Sequence record: KJ019146.1 | Length of the DNA: 64,000 nucleotides | Direction: 5' to 3' (one strand) | Shown: one piece after another, positions 52,812 to 61,193 of the stretch | Layout of the letters: each line of letters opens with the position of its first letter | Numbering within the stretch: the first letter of the stretch is position 1 | Notes under the pieces: model-generated | Seen by the model: only the letters and a program-made list of their open reading frames with translations | Told to the model about the DNA's origin: nothing | Database searches by the model: none | Translations under genes and position numbers: made by a program

Positions 52812-52850
52812 ATGCCATAATAAATAGAAGTGATAACTCCATGAAGACAC

Positions 52851-53231
52851 ATGTCTCTTTCAATTACTACTGCCACTACTACACATGATGGTGTAGTTAC
52901 TGATGTACAATGGGCTTATACTACATCTGAAGGTATTATCTCAGGTGGCCACACAATGCAAGGAACACCTGGTAGTGTTCCATTAGAAAATGTTAATGAA
53001 TCTGTTATATCTGGTTGGTTAGAAGAACAGATGGATACCTCACACTTTGATAGACTTTGTTCTGAAAGAGGTTTTCCAACAGAAGAGGAAGAAGAAGACA
53101 GAACCTTCAACTTCTCAGAAACAGGTACAATGGAAGAAGTAGTTGCACCTGAGCCTGAGCCTGAGCTTGAGCCTGAACCTGAAGATAATGTTGGTATTGC
53201 AACCGATGGTTCATCTGGTATTTCAACTTAG
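52851..53231 (+). CDS. Hypothetical acidic protein, possibly tail-associated
   Basis: VTDVQW...VPLENVNESVISGWL core, acidic PEPE tail; AATAAATA late-like site upstream. Confidence 0.6.
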   Translation: MSLSITTATTTHDGVVTDVQWAYTTSEGIISGGHTMQGTPGSVPLENVNESVISGWLEEQMDTSHFDRLCSERGFPTEEEEEDRTFNFSETGTMEEVVAPEPEPELEPEPEDNVGIATDGSSGIST

Positions 53232-53267
53232 AAACTTTTAATCTTCCAAAAGAACAAAATTATTCTA

Positions 53268-53942
53268 ATGTCTCAAATCAATTTCCCAAATATCCCATCA
53301 GATGGTGATGAGTTTTTGGCACCCAATGGTACAACTTACCAATATGATTCCGACACAGGTCAGTGGAAGATTCTATTAGGTCCTGGTGCCGATGGTCCCA
53401 AGGGTCCTATAGGTCCTGAAGGTGCTACTGGATCCACAGGTCCCGATGGTCCTACTGGTGCTACTGGAACGGATGCTACAAGAATAACTGGTGAGATTAT
53501 TGCATTTGGTGGAACTACTGTTCCATCTGGTTGGCTTGAATGTAATGGTCAAGCTGCTCCTAGTGCTCTTGCTGCTGTATTAGGTATATCTAATGTACCA
53601 GACTTACGTGGTGAGTTTATAAGAGGATTTGATAACGGTAGAGGTGTTGATAGTGGCCGTGCCATTCTCACCGCTCAGGGTGATGAATTTGAGAGTCACA
53701 CACACATTCAAAATTCCCATAACCATACACAAAATCCACACACTCACCAAGCAAATTACACACCCTTAACCTATGTGGCGGGGCAACCACAAGCAAATGG
53801 ATTGGTTACCGCGGTAACAGCTCTAACAAACATTTCCACAAACACAGCAACCAACATTGCAGCCACAGCAACCAACCAAAGCACAGGTGGTACTGAAACC
53901 CGTCCACGCAACATATCTCTGATGTACATCATTAAAACCTAA
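53268..53942 (+). CDS. Phage tail-collar domain protein with short collagen-like segment
   Basis: GEIIAFGG..VPSGWLECNGQ...VPDLRGEFIRG and ETRPRNISLMYIIK. Confidence 0.9.
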   Translation: MSQINFPNIPSDGDEFLAPNGTTYQYDSDTGQWKILLGPGADGPKGPIGPEGATGSTGPDGPTGATGTDATRITGEIIAFGGTTVPSGWLECNGQAAPSALAAVLGISNVPDLRGEFIRGFDNGRGVDSGRAILTAQGDEFESHTHIQNSHNHTQNPHTHQANYTPLTYVAGQPQANGLVTAVTALTNISTNTATNIAATATNQSTGGTETRPRNISLMYIIKT

Positions 53943-53946
53943 ACCC

Positions 53947-54594
53947 ATGTCTCAAATTAATTTCCCAAATAGCCCATCCGATGGTGAAGAGTTTCTAGCA
54001 TCTAATGGAACTACGTATCGATACGATAGTTCTACGGGTCAGTGGAAGATTCTATCAGGTCCTGGTGTTCAGGGACCCGCTGGTAATACAGGTCCTACTG
54101 GATCTATTATTATGTGGGGAACTTCAACACTACCAGAGGGATATATCGAATGTAATGGTCAATCTACTTCTGGATATACAGCTTTAGCTGCGTTATATGG
54201 TTCCAATGTCCCAGATCTTCGTGGTGAGTTTGTAAGGGGTTGGGATAACGGTAAGGGTACTGATAGTGGTCGGGCTCTATTGGGTAGTCAAGGCGAATCG
54301 TTTAAAAGCCACACACACACTCAGAATTCACACAATCACAGTCAGAATTCACACAATCACACACAGAATCCCCACAAACACACGCAACAACTGGGTGGAA
54401 CTATTTCATCTGACCTTTTGCAATCCGGGAGCTATCGGATTGGTAACGCAAATTCTGCATCAGTTAGTAATACCACAGCAACCAATAAATCTACTACAGC
54501 AACCAATAATGCTGCTACAGCAACCAACCAAAGCACAGGTGATACTGAAACCCGTCCACGCAACATATCTTTGATGTATATTATTAAGACCTAG
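53947..54594 (+). CDS. Phage tail-collar domain protein (paralogue)
   Basis: GSIIMWG..LPEGYIECNGQ...VPDLRGEFVRG and ETRPRNISLMYIIK. Confidence 0.9.
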   Translation: MSQINFPNSPSDGEEFLASNGTTYRYDSSTGQWKILSGPGVQGPAGNTGPTGSIIMWGTSTLPEGYIECNGQSTSGYTALAALYGSNVPDLRGEFVRGWDNGKGTDSGRALLGSQGESFKSHTHTQNSHNHSQNSHNHTQNPHKHTQQLGGTISSDLLQSGSYRIGNANSASVSNTTATNKSTTATNNAATATNQSTGDTETRPRNISLMYIIKT

Positions 54595-54630
54595 TGTGAT
54601 ATAATAAATACACTGTAAGAATACTATATT

Positions 54631-54864
54631 ATGTACACCCTATACTCCAAACTAAACTGTTCTCATTGTAAAGCAATTGAGAATGTATTTGATCTAAAGA
54701 ACATTCCATACACCAAGAAAACACTAGGTCTAGACTTCACTAAGGTGGAGTTTATGGAACAATTTGGTAGAACTACTTTCCCCAGAGTAGTCAGTAATGA
54801 AGGAGTGGTATTGGGTGGTGCTAGTGAAACTGTTAAAATCCTAAAAGAACAAGGTATCCTTTAA
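54631..54864 (+). CDS. Glutaredoxin
   Basis: YSKLNCSHC (CxxC), TFPRV and LGGASET motifs. Confidence 0.88.
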   Translation: MYTLYSKLNCSHCKAIENVFDLKNIPYTKKTLGLDFTKVEFMEQFGRTTFPRVVSNEGVVLGGASETVKILKEQGIL

Positions 54865-55076
54865 TGTCTCAAATTAATTTTCCAGATAGTCCATCCAATG
54901 GTGATGAGTTTTTAGCCGGTAATGGCACAACATATAAATATGATTCCGCTACAGGTCAGTGGAAGATTCTATCAGGTCCTGGATCTCAAGGTCCTATAGG
55001 TCCTGCAGGTCCTCTTGGATCTACAGGTGCTACTGGACCTACCATTGATATTGGTTCCTTACCAGAACTTAGTTGA
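54864..55076 (+). CDS. Short protein: tail-collar-type N-terminal module plus collagen-like GPx repeats
   Basis: MSQINFPDSPSNGDEF...YKYDSATGQWKIL nearly identical to the two upstream genes; no collar domain. Confidence 0.7.
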   Translation: MSQINFPDSPSNGDEFLAGNGTTYKYDSATGQWKILSGPGSQGPIGPAGPLGSTGATGPTIDIGSLPELS

Positions 55077-55110
55077 TATGTTATAATGTATCATAGTAAC
55101 TCTATGATAT

Positions 55111-55869
55111 ATGGCTGCCCCTGTTGTTAAGATTTTGACTCCTGCATATATGGGTCAAGTGACCACACAATATATGCACAGTCTTATTGAATTTATACCA
55201 TATGCTATGAGTAATGGTATAAATGTAACCTTTGAGACAATGCCCAACTGTTCTCTCATCAGTTTGGGTAGGAATGTGATGCAGTCTAGAGCACTCAGAG
55301 ATCCCACATGGACTCATCTAATGTGGATTGATTCTGATATTAGATTTCCAAAGGAAGCTATTATCAGTATGTTATTTGATGATAAACCTATTATGGGTGG
55401 TTTCTATCCAAAGAAGTCACTACCCATTGACATGGCAAGTTCTCCCATGCCTGGTGGTGAAGAAACTGAGCAACTATTTGAAACTGATTATGTTGCCACT
55501 GGTTTCATGTTAATTAAACGTGAAGTCATTGAGAAAATGCAAGATTCATACCCCGAACGTAAGTTTTTCTATCAGGGTAGTGACGAATATTATGATTTAT
55601 ATGCACCTTACATCGATGAAGATTCACCTAATAGATTATTTCTCACTGAAGACTATGCCTTCTGTCGTCTAGCACGTAAGATTGGTTATAAGTCATATAT
55701 GTCCAAGAGATTTACTCTAGGTCATATTGGTGTTTATGAGTTTAATTGGAATACAGAACAAAATCTATCACAAGCATATATTCAAAAGTATGCACAACCA
55801 AAACAAAAACTAGAAAAGGTTGAAGGTGATAGTGAAGATTACAATAAACTAGATGATCTTCCACAATAA
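55111..55869 (+). CDS. GT-A fold glycosyltransferase-like protein
   Basis: ILTPAY start, HLMWIDSDIRF, ATGFMLIKR and LTEDYAFC motifs. Confidence 0.75.
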   Translation: MAAPVVKILTPAYMGQVTTQYMHSLIEFIPYAMSNGINVTFETMPNCSLISLGRNVMQSRALRDPTWTHLMWIDSDIRFPKEAIISMLFDDKPIMGGFYPKKSLPIDMASSPMPGGEETEQLFETDYVATGFMLIKREVIEKMQDSYPERKFFYQGSDEYYDLYAPYIDEDSPNRLFLTEDYAFCRLARKIGYKSYMSKRFTLGHIGVYEFNWNTEQNLSQAYIQKYAQPKQKLEKVEGDSEDYNKLDDLPQ

Positions 55870-55897
55870 ATACTAACACTAGAACTACCACAAACAA

Positions 55898-57052
55898 ATG
55901 TCTATAAGAACTGCTTATTACTTAATGCAAAGAAGTGGCGTTAATTATAAGGTTTCGGGATTAGATCTTATAAACAGAGACACTTCTATACTTAATGCTG
56001 GTGATGTATTTTTGGTTGAAAGGAGTGGAACTGCATACAAATTTACAGTATCACTTGATGCAGGAGGGGATGTAGATACATCTAGCATTCAAGATGATGA
56101 TCTGTTTGTTTGTTTTATTGATGGATCTGAAAAGAAAATTAATGGATTAGAGTTTAGTGCTCTAGTTAGTCCGAACGTATGGGAAACCAAAGACAGTTGG
56201 ACTCATATTATTACAGATATAGAATACGAATGGCAAAGCGTATATGGTTATGATCATGATGGTGTCTATCGATTAGATGGAACATTAATAGCTGCTGCTG
56301 CTTCCAGCACCGAGCTCACGACTGAATCAGAATTTGTGATCACTGGTAATAGTTCTACTGTGAGTGCAGGCGGCATTGATGTTAGAGTAGCGTGGCTTAG
56401 TAACATAGGCACAAGAACAGACTTAAGTCGTGCGTTCGAAGATCTACCCGATCTGACTTTATTTGATGGGTATTGGGATACGACCAACGTTACAAACATG
56501 GCACAGATGTTCTACAACGTTGGACCTTTTACAGCTGACGTTAGTAGTTGGAATACATCTAATGTGACTAATATGTCGGATATGTTCTATCGCTCGGGTT
56601 GGGGTGATTACACCTTCAATGTTACAGGGCTTTCTTCCTGGGATACAACGAATGTCACATGTATGTCGTTTATGTTTGAAGGCATTGATCTAACTGAAGA
56701 TATTACTGGTTGGGATGTTTCTAATGTAACTAATATGGCGGGTATGTTCGAGTTCGGTATCTTCAACCAAAACATTGGTGGTTGGGATGTTTCTAATGTA
56801 ACTAATATGAGTTATATGTTCCACGAGAGTAACACCTTCAATCAAAACATTGGTGGTTGGGATGTTGCTAATGTAACTAATATGGATGCTATGTTCTATT
56901 ACTATAGTGGTGGACAATTTGCTGGACAATTCAACCAAAACCTAAGTGGATGGTGTGTAACTAACATTGGATCTAAACCTAATGACTTCGATACTAATTC
57001 TGGTTTCGCAGGTCAGACCGCCCTACAACCACAGTGGGGTACTTGCCCATAA
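55898..57052 (+). CDS. BspA/DUF285 leucine-rich-repeat surface protein
   Basis: Repeated WD(V/T)SNVTNMxxMF units with 25-aa period; ends NLSGWCV. Confidence 0.9.
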   Translation: MSIRTAYYLMQRSGVNYKVSGLDLINRDTSILNAGDVFLVERSGTAYKFTVSLDAGGDVDTSSIQDDDLFVCFIDGSEKKINGLEFSALVSPNVWETKDSWTHIITDIEYEWQSVYGYDHDGVYRLDGTLIAAAASSTELTTESEFVITGNSSTVSAGGIDVRVAWLSNIGTRTDLSRAFEDLPDLTLFDGYWDTTNVTNMAQMFYNVGPFTADVSSWNTSNVTNMSDMFYRSGWGDYTFNVTGLSSWDTTNVTCMSFMFEGIDLTEDITGWDVSNVTNMAGMFEFGIFNQNIGGWDVSNVTNMSYMFHESNTFNQNIGGWDVANVTNMDAMFYYYSGGQFAGQFNQNLSGWCVTNIGSKPNDFDTNSGFAGQTALQPQWGTCP

Positions 57053-57669
57053 TGAGTAAGGTTGATATTGTTATTCCTTGTCATGAGTTATATAAAATTC
57101 TTGGAGAATGTATTGAATCAGTTTTAGAAACCAAATCTCACAATCCAAATACCTTCGGTCAAGTTATTCTAGTTGATGATGACTCCTCATCAGAGGGAAC
57201 ACTAGAAGAATACTTCAGTGACAAATATCCTGATGTTAAATACGTCAGGAATCCAAACAGGATGTATTTTAGTGGAACTGTTAATCATGGTTCTGACTAT
57301 GTTACATCCAAATACTTTATGATGCTAAATTCTGATACTCTAATTGAAACTCCAAATTGGTTGGAGGTTATGGTAGAGGAATATAACTCTGATGATAAGA
57401 TTAAGATTATTAGTGCAAACTTTAATGATCGCAAACCATACTTTTCTGGAGGACCATTTGTGTGTGGTGTTTGTCTTATGATGGAGATTGATTTGTTCAG
57501 ACAAATAGGAAAGTTAAAATCTGATGGTAAATTCATTCACTGGCATAGTGATAAGAAATTACAGAATGATGTACGTCGTATGGGATATTTGAATGCTTTA
57601 TCCACTGCTAAGATAAAACATTTGGGAGGCAGATCCCGCGGATATATTCCTACTGAATTGGAAAGATGA
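57052..57669 (+). CDS. GT2 family glycosyltransferase
   Basis: VDIVIP, VILVDDDS, FSGTVNHG and MMLNSD motifs; ATG 57052 overlaps the upstream stop. Confidence 0.8.
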   Translation: MSKVDIVIPCHELYKILGECIESVLETKSHNPNTFGQVILVDDDSSSEGTLEEYFSDKYPDVKYVRNPNRMYFSGTVNHGSDYVTSKYFMMLNSDTLIETPNWLEVMVEEYNSDDKIKIISANFNDRKPYFSGGPFVCGVCLMMEIDLFRQIGKLKSDGKFIHWHSDKKLQNDVRRMGYLNALSTAKIKHLGGRSRGYIPTELER

Positions 57670-58658
57670 AAAGAGTTCTTGTGACAGGTGGTGCTGGTTT
57701 CATCGCTCACCATCTAATCTTAATGATATTAGAAACTACAGACTGGGAGATTATTAGTTTAGATAGATTAGACTTCAGTGGTAATTTGAATAGGTTATAT
57801 GATATTCTATTAGAATCTCCTCATAAGTCTAGAGTTAAGATAGTATATCATGACCTAAAGGCACCTATCAATCCATTGGTGGCATCAGATATTGGAAAGG
57901 TAGATTATATTCTACACCTTGCTGCTGGATCACATGTTGATCGTAGTATTGAGTATCCTTTAGAGTTTGTTATGGATAATGTTGTGGGAACCTGCAACAT
58001 ATTAGACTTTGCTAGAACACAGGATCTGATTCGGTTTATCTACTTTGGAACTGATGAAGTGTTCGGTCCCGCTCCTACAGGTGTAAGTTATAAGGAGAAT
58101 GATAGATACAACTCAACCAATCCATATAGTGCCAGTAAGGCAGGTGGTGAGGAACTAGCAGTATCATTTCAAAATACCTATGGTGTTCCAGTGTATATCA
58201 CACACACTATGAATGTATTTGGACAGAGACAACACCCAGAGAAGTTCATACCTATGTGTATTAAACGCATCAGGGACGGTCAAGTTGTAACTATTCATAG
58301 TGATGAGACTAAAACCATACCAGGATCTAGACACTACATTCATGCGGAGGATGTATCTGATGCTATTATGTTCCTCCTATCCTATGAGAGTGATGAGAAG
58401 TGTCCCAAGTTTAATATTGTAGGAACAGAAGAGTTGAATAACTTACAACTAGCACAGATCATTGCTGAAATTCAAGGAAAGGAATTAAACTATGAGATGG
58501 TTGATTTCCACACATCAAGACCGGGACATGATCTTCGATACTCATTGTGTGGGGAGAAAATGAAGTCATTGGGTTGGGAACCAAAGAATATAAGAGATAG
58601 GATTGAAGAAGTTGTTGATTGGACACTTGATAATGAACGTTGGATTAGTGTGTTATAA
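57666..58658 (+). CDS. dTDP-glucose 4,6-dehydratase-like NAD-dependent enzyme
   Basis: TGGAGFI, HLAAGSHVDRSI, TDEVFG, PYSASKA and RPGHDLRY motifs. Confidence 0.9.
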   Translation: MKRVLVTGGAGFIAHHLILMILETTDWEIISLDRLDFSGNLNRLYDILLESPHKSRVKIVYHDLKAPINPLVASDIGKVDYILHLAAGSHVDRSIEYPLEFVMDNVVGTCNILDFARTQDLIRFIYFGTDEVFGPAPTGVSYKENDRYNSTNPYSASKAGGEELAVSFQNTYGVPVYITHTMNVFGQRQHPEKFIPMCIKRIRDGQVVTIHSDETKTIPGSRHYIHAEDVSDAIMFLLSYESDEKCPKFNIVGTEELNNLQLAQIIAEIQGKELNYEMVDFHTSRPGHDLRYSLCGEKMKSLGWEPKNIRDRIEEVVDWTLDNERWISVL

Positions 58659-58704
58659 TAATGAGGTTAGGGGTATAAATAACTAAAAATAGGAGGCTAT
58701 TAAG

Positions 58705-58935
58705 ATGCTTACCGTATCAATTGTGTTTGGGGTTATCCTACTCCAAATGTTCCTCCTCCTAGGTGGTGTTATCGGGTACCTAGCTTATGGGTACCTATCA
58801 ATACAAGCCTCCCAGCTACCCAATCATCCTGAATTCTACGATGAAGAAGGAAACGTACTACCAGATGAAATTCTTGCTATTCGTTTTGAGCATAGCTATG
58901 GTCAGGATGGAGAGTGGATTGGTGAAGAGGATTAA
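58705..58935 (+). CDS. Small single-TM hypothetical protein
   Basis: Late promoter TATAAATA at 58674-58681; AGGAGG RBS; HPEFYDEEGN motif. Confidence 0.7.
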   Translation: MLTVSIVFGVILLQMFLLLGGVIGYLAYGYLSIQASQLPNHPEFYDEEGNVLPDEILAIRFEHSYGQDGEWIGEED

Positions 58936-58946
58936 ACTATTACTTT

Positions 58947-59564
58947 TTGGAAAACATTATGACAGAAGCGACAGAAACCAAGAAACCGCGTAGCGCACGA
59001 AAGGCACGCAAACCAGCGGCACCCAAAGTCCCTACCTCCCTACCAAACAATCCTTTGATGTTTGAGATTCTTGACATGGCATCCCGTACTAGGGGTACTG
59101 AAAAGAAGGTAGATGTTCTCAAGAGATACGGGTGTGGTGCTCTAAAGGCACTATTCATCTGGAACTTTGATGAAACTGTAGAGTCTGCTCTACCACCAGG
59201 TGAGGTTCCCTACTCTGGATATGAAGAACAGCATGTATACAGTGGAACACTAACTGATAAGATTGAAGAGTCTTCACGTCAGATGTATGAGAATGGAAGT
59301 TTCTCATTGGGTTCTACTGATGCCAACGCTAAGACTACACTAAGGGCACAATGGAAGAACCTCTATCACTTTGTTGAGGGTGGTAATGGTGGTCTATCTA
59401 AAACACGTCGTGAGATGATGTTTATCAACCTCCTAGAATCTGTTCATCCTCTGGAAGCAGAGATCCTCATCCTAGTCAAGGATAAGGAACTTGACACCAA
59501 GTATAAGGTTCCCTTTGAGGTTGTAGAAGAAGCATTCCCCGAGATCCAATGGGGAGGACGTTGA
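58947..59564 (+). CDS. Conserved T4-like cyanophage hypothetical protein
   Basis: LPPGEVPY, RREMMFINLLE and HPLEAEIL motifs; start may be ATG 58959. Confidence 0.75.
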   Translation: MENIMTEATETKKPRSARKARKPAAPKVPTSLPNNPLMFEILDMASRTRGTEKKVDVLKRYGCGALKALFIWNFDETVESALPPGEVPYSGYEEQHVYSGTLTDKIEESSRQMYENGSFSLGSTDANAKTTLRAQWKNLYHFVEGGNGGLSKTRREMMFINLLESVHPLEAEILILVKDKELDTKYKVPFEVVEEAFPEIQWGGR

Positions 59565-59590
59565 CATAAATACAAAGGATATGTTATAAT
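59561..59590 (+). promoter_or_regulatory. Consensus sigma70 promoter
   Basis: TTGACA-18 nt-TATAAT with a TGn extension, directly upstream of the riboswitch-like element. Confidence 0.8.
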
Positions 59591-59597
59591 ATCCACA

Positions 59598-59685
59598 CGT
59601 TCAACCCACTTCGGTGGGTCGCAAGTAAGTCGCGGAACGGATTCGTTCATCCAGGAAACTGGACGCAAACGACTGAAGGAACGGG
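59598..59685 (+). ncRNA. Glutamine riboswitch-like element (glnA / Downstream-peptide family), doubled
   Basis: Two CGTTCA-hairpin-CGCAA units, two GGAACGG, AGTA/GAA E-loop-like strands, AGTCG/CGACT helix. Confidence 0.8.
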
Positions 59686-59717
59686 TTTTAACTAACCTCA
59701 ACTTCAGGAGTACTACT

Positions 59718-59885
59718 ATGAACACTCTCGCACTCATCAAAAAGCAGATCAACAAAGCTGCCGCACTTCACAACGCTCAGATTTCTCACACCGCCTATCG
59801 TGGTGTTGAGTATGATGTTAGTTGTGATCAGTCTTCCGAGACACATGGCACTTTCTGCTACCGCGGACGCACTTATAACAAGTGA
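59718..59885 (+). CDS. DUF4278-like small protein (55 aa)
   Basis: AGGAG RBS; TAYRGVEY and CYRGRTY motifs; not in the ORF track. Confidence 0.8.
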   Translation: MNTLALIKKQINKAAALHNAQISHTAYRGVEYDVSCDQSSETHGTFCYRGRTYNK

Positions 59886-59906
59886 GTCCTAACTGAATAG
59901 TGTAGG

Positions 59907-59937
59907 AAAGGGAAGGACTTGTTTCTTCCCTTTTTTT
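59907..59937 (+). terminator. Intrinsic terminator
   Basis: AAAGGGAAG/CTTCCCTTT stem plus T run. Confidence 0.8.
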
Positions 59938-59968
59938 GTGCTATAATATAAACAAGTATTCTATCATC

Positions 59969-60148
59969 ATGGACACAGACAAAGTAAAGTTTCTCATTCA
60001 ATCCATAGAGGTTCTCATTGATGAACTAAAATCAGAAGTATATGCTGAGGGTGAAACTTTTAAAGTAAGTGAAACCCAGTACTCAGAGGAATCAGAAATT
60101 CCAACGACTATAACAAACTTTTATCCTGAAGTGACGGACGATCTATGA
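59969..60148 (+). CDS. Small conserved hypothetical protein (MDTDKVKFLIQSIEVLIDELKSEVY)
   Basis: Follows TGCTATAAT; ATGA overlap with thyX. Confidence 0.65.
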   Translation: MDTDKVKFLIQSIEVLIDELKSEVYAEGETFKVSETQYSEESEIPTTITNFYPEVTDDL

Positions 60149-60897
60149 AACCAGTCAAGGCAGATACACTCCTCAAACTAGATCCTCACCAGAAGGTTGA
60201 GATGATCCGTTGTACTCCCAACCCACAGCAACTTGTGTTTATGGGTGGTAAGAATGACTATAGTGAACTACCCATTGAAGACACAGACATTCCTCAAGAG
60301 AAAGAGTGTGGAGCGTGGGTTATTGAGCAACTCTTAGCGAACGAGAGAGGACACTGGGGACCCCTAGAACACCCCTCTATCACCTTCTCCTGTAGTGGGT
60401 TCGTTCATAACGTTATGGTTCAGGCAAGAACCCATAGAGTGGGTATTAGTTTCGATGTTCAGTCACAACGATATACTTGCAAGAGAGTTCTAAAAGTTGC
60501 AGAAGGGAAACTATCACCCCAGTCAGTATTCTATGTGAGACCTCCTGGTTTCTATACAAATAGAAAGGGAAAGAAGTATGAGTGGTCAGAAGATGACTAC
60601 CAGACACAACTGGGACTAACACTAGCGGCATCTAGACGATACGCAGTTCAGTTTGAGAATGGTGTATCTGAAGAACACGCTCGTGATTATCTACCACAGA
60701 ATATTCGTCAGAACTTTGTAGTCACCTTTAGTCTTCGTTCTCTCCTACACTTCCTAGATCTTCGAGCTAAACTAGATGCTCAGTTGGAAATCCAAGCTCT
60801 ATGTGAGGCTATGATTGAGCCCACTAAGACCTGGGTTCCTGAAATCTTTGAATACTACTCAGAGAAACGACTACACAGGGCAAGACTTGCCCCCTAA
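60145..60897 (+). CDS. thyX: Flavin-dependent thymidylate synthase
   Basis: GHWGPLEH, QARTHR...SFDVQSQRY, EHARDYLP and FLDLR..LDAQLEI motifs. Confidence 0.93.
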   Translation: MKPVKADTLLKLDPHQKVEMIRCTPNPQQLVFMGGKNDYSELPIEDTDIPQEKECGAWVIEQLLANERGHWGPLEHPSITFSCSGFVHNVMVQARTHRVGISFDVQSQRYTCKRVLKVAEGKLSPQSVFYVRPPGFYTNRKGKKYEWSEDDYQTQLGLTLAASRRYAVQFENGVSEEHARDYLPQNIRQNFVVTFSLRSLLHFLDLRAKLDAQLEIQALCEAMIEPTKTWVPEIFEYYSEKRLHRARLAP

Positions 60898-60925
60898 ATA
60901 TTTTTATGTCTAATGGAGGACTATT

Positions 60926-61168
60926 TTGGCGAAATTTGATGTGATCAATAAAGACACTGGGGAGACTAAAATCATTGATGTTAGTGTCCATGAAATCACC
61001 CAGTGGTATGAAGATAATAAACCTTGGGTTCGTGACTGGTCACAGGGATGTGCTGGTGGAGGTGAGATTGGTGACTGGAGAGACACTCTAAGAAAGAAAG
61101 CACCAGGTTGGAATGATGTATTGGGTGTAGCCGCCTCACAGAGAGGCTCCCGAGTCAAGAAGCTCTGA
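60926..61168 (+). CDS. Conserved hypothetical protein (TTG start)
   Basis: GGAGGA RBS before TTG; N.DTGE and PGWNDVL motifs. Confidence 0.65.
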   Translation: MAKFDVINKDTGETKIIDVSVHEITQWYEDNKPWVRDWSQGCAGGGEIGDWRDTLRKKAPGWNDVLGVAASQRGSRVKKL

Positions 61169-61193
61169 TTTTTAGTATTATTGTATAGTTATT

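Noticed and set aside
52759-52827. 22-aa GTG-start ORF (MEDQKLALSLDP...)
   Set aside because: It has no RBS and runs through a terminator.
53268-54594. Diversity-generating retroelement TR/VR pair
   Set aside because: No reverse transcriptase is in the window, and differences between the repeats are mostly synonymous rather than adenine-specific.
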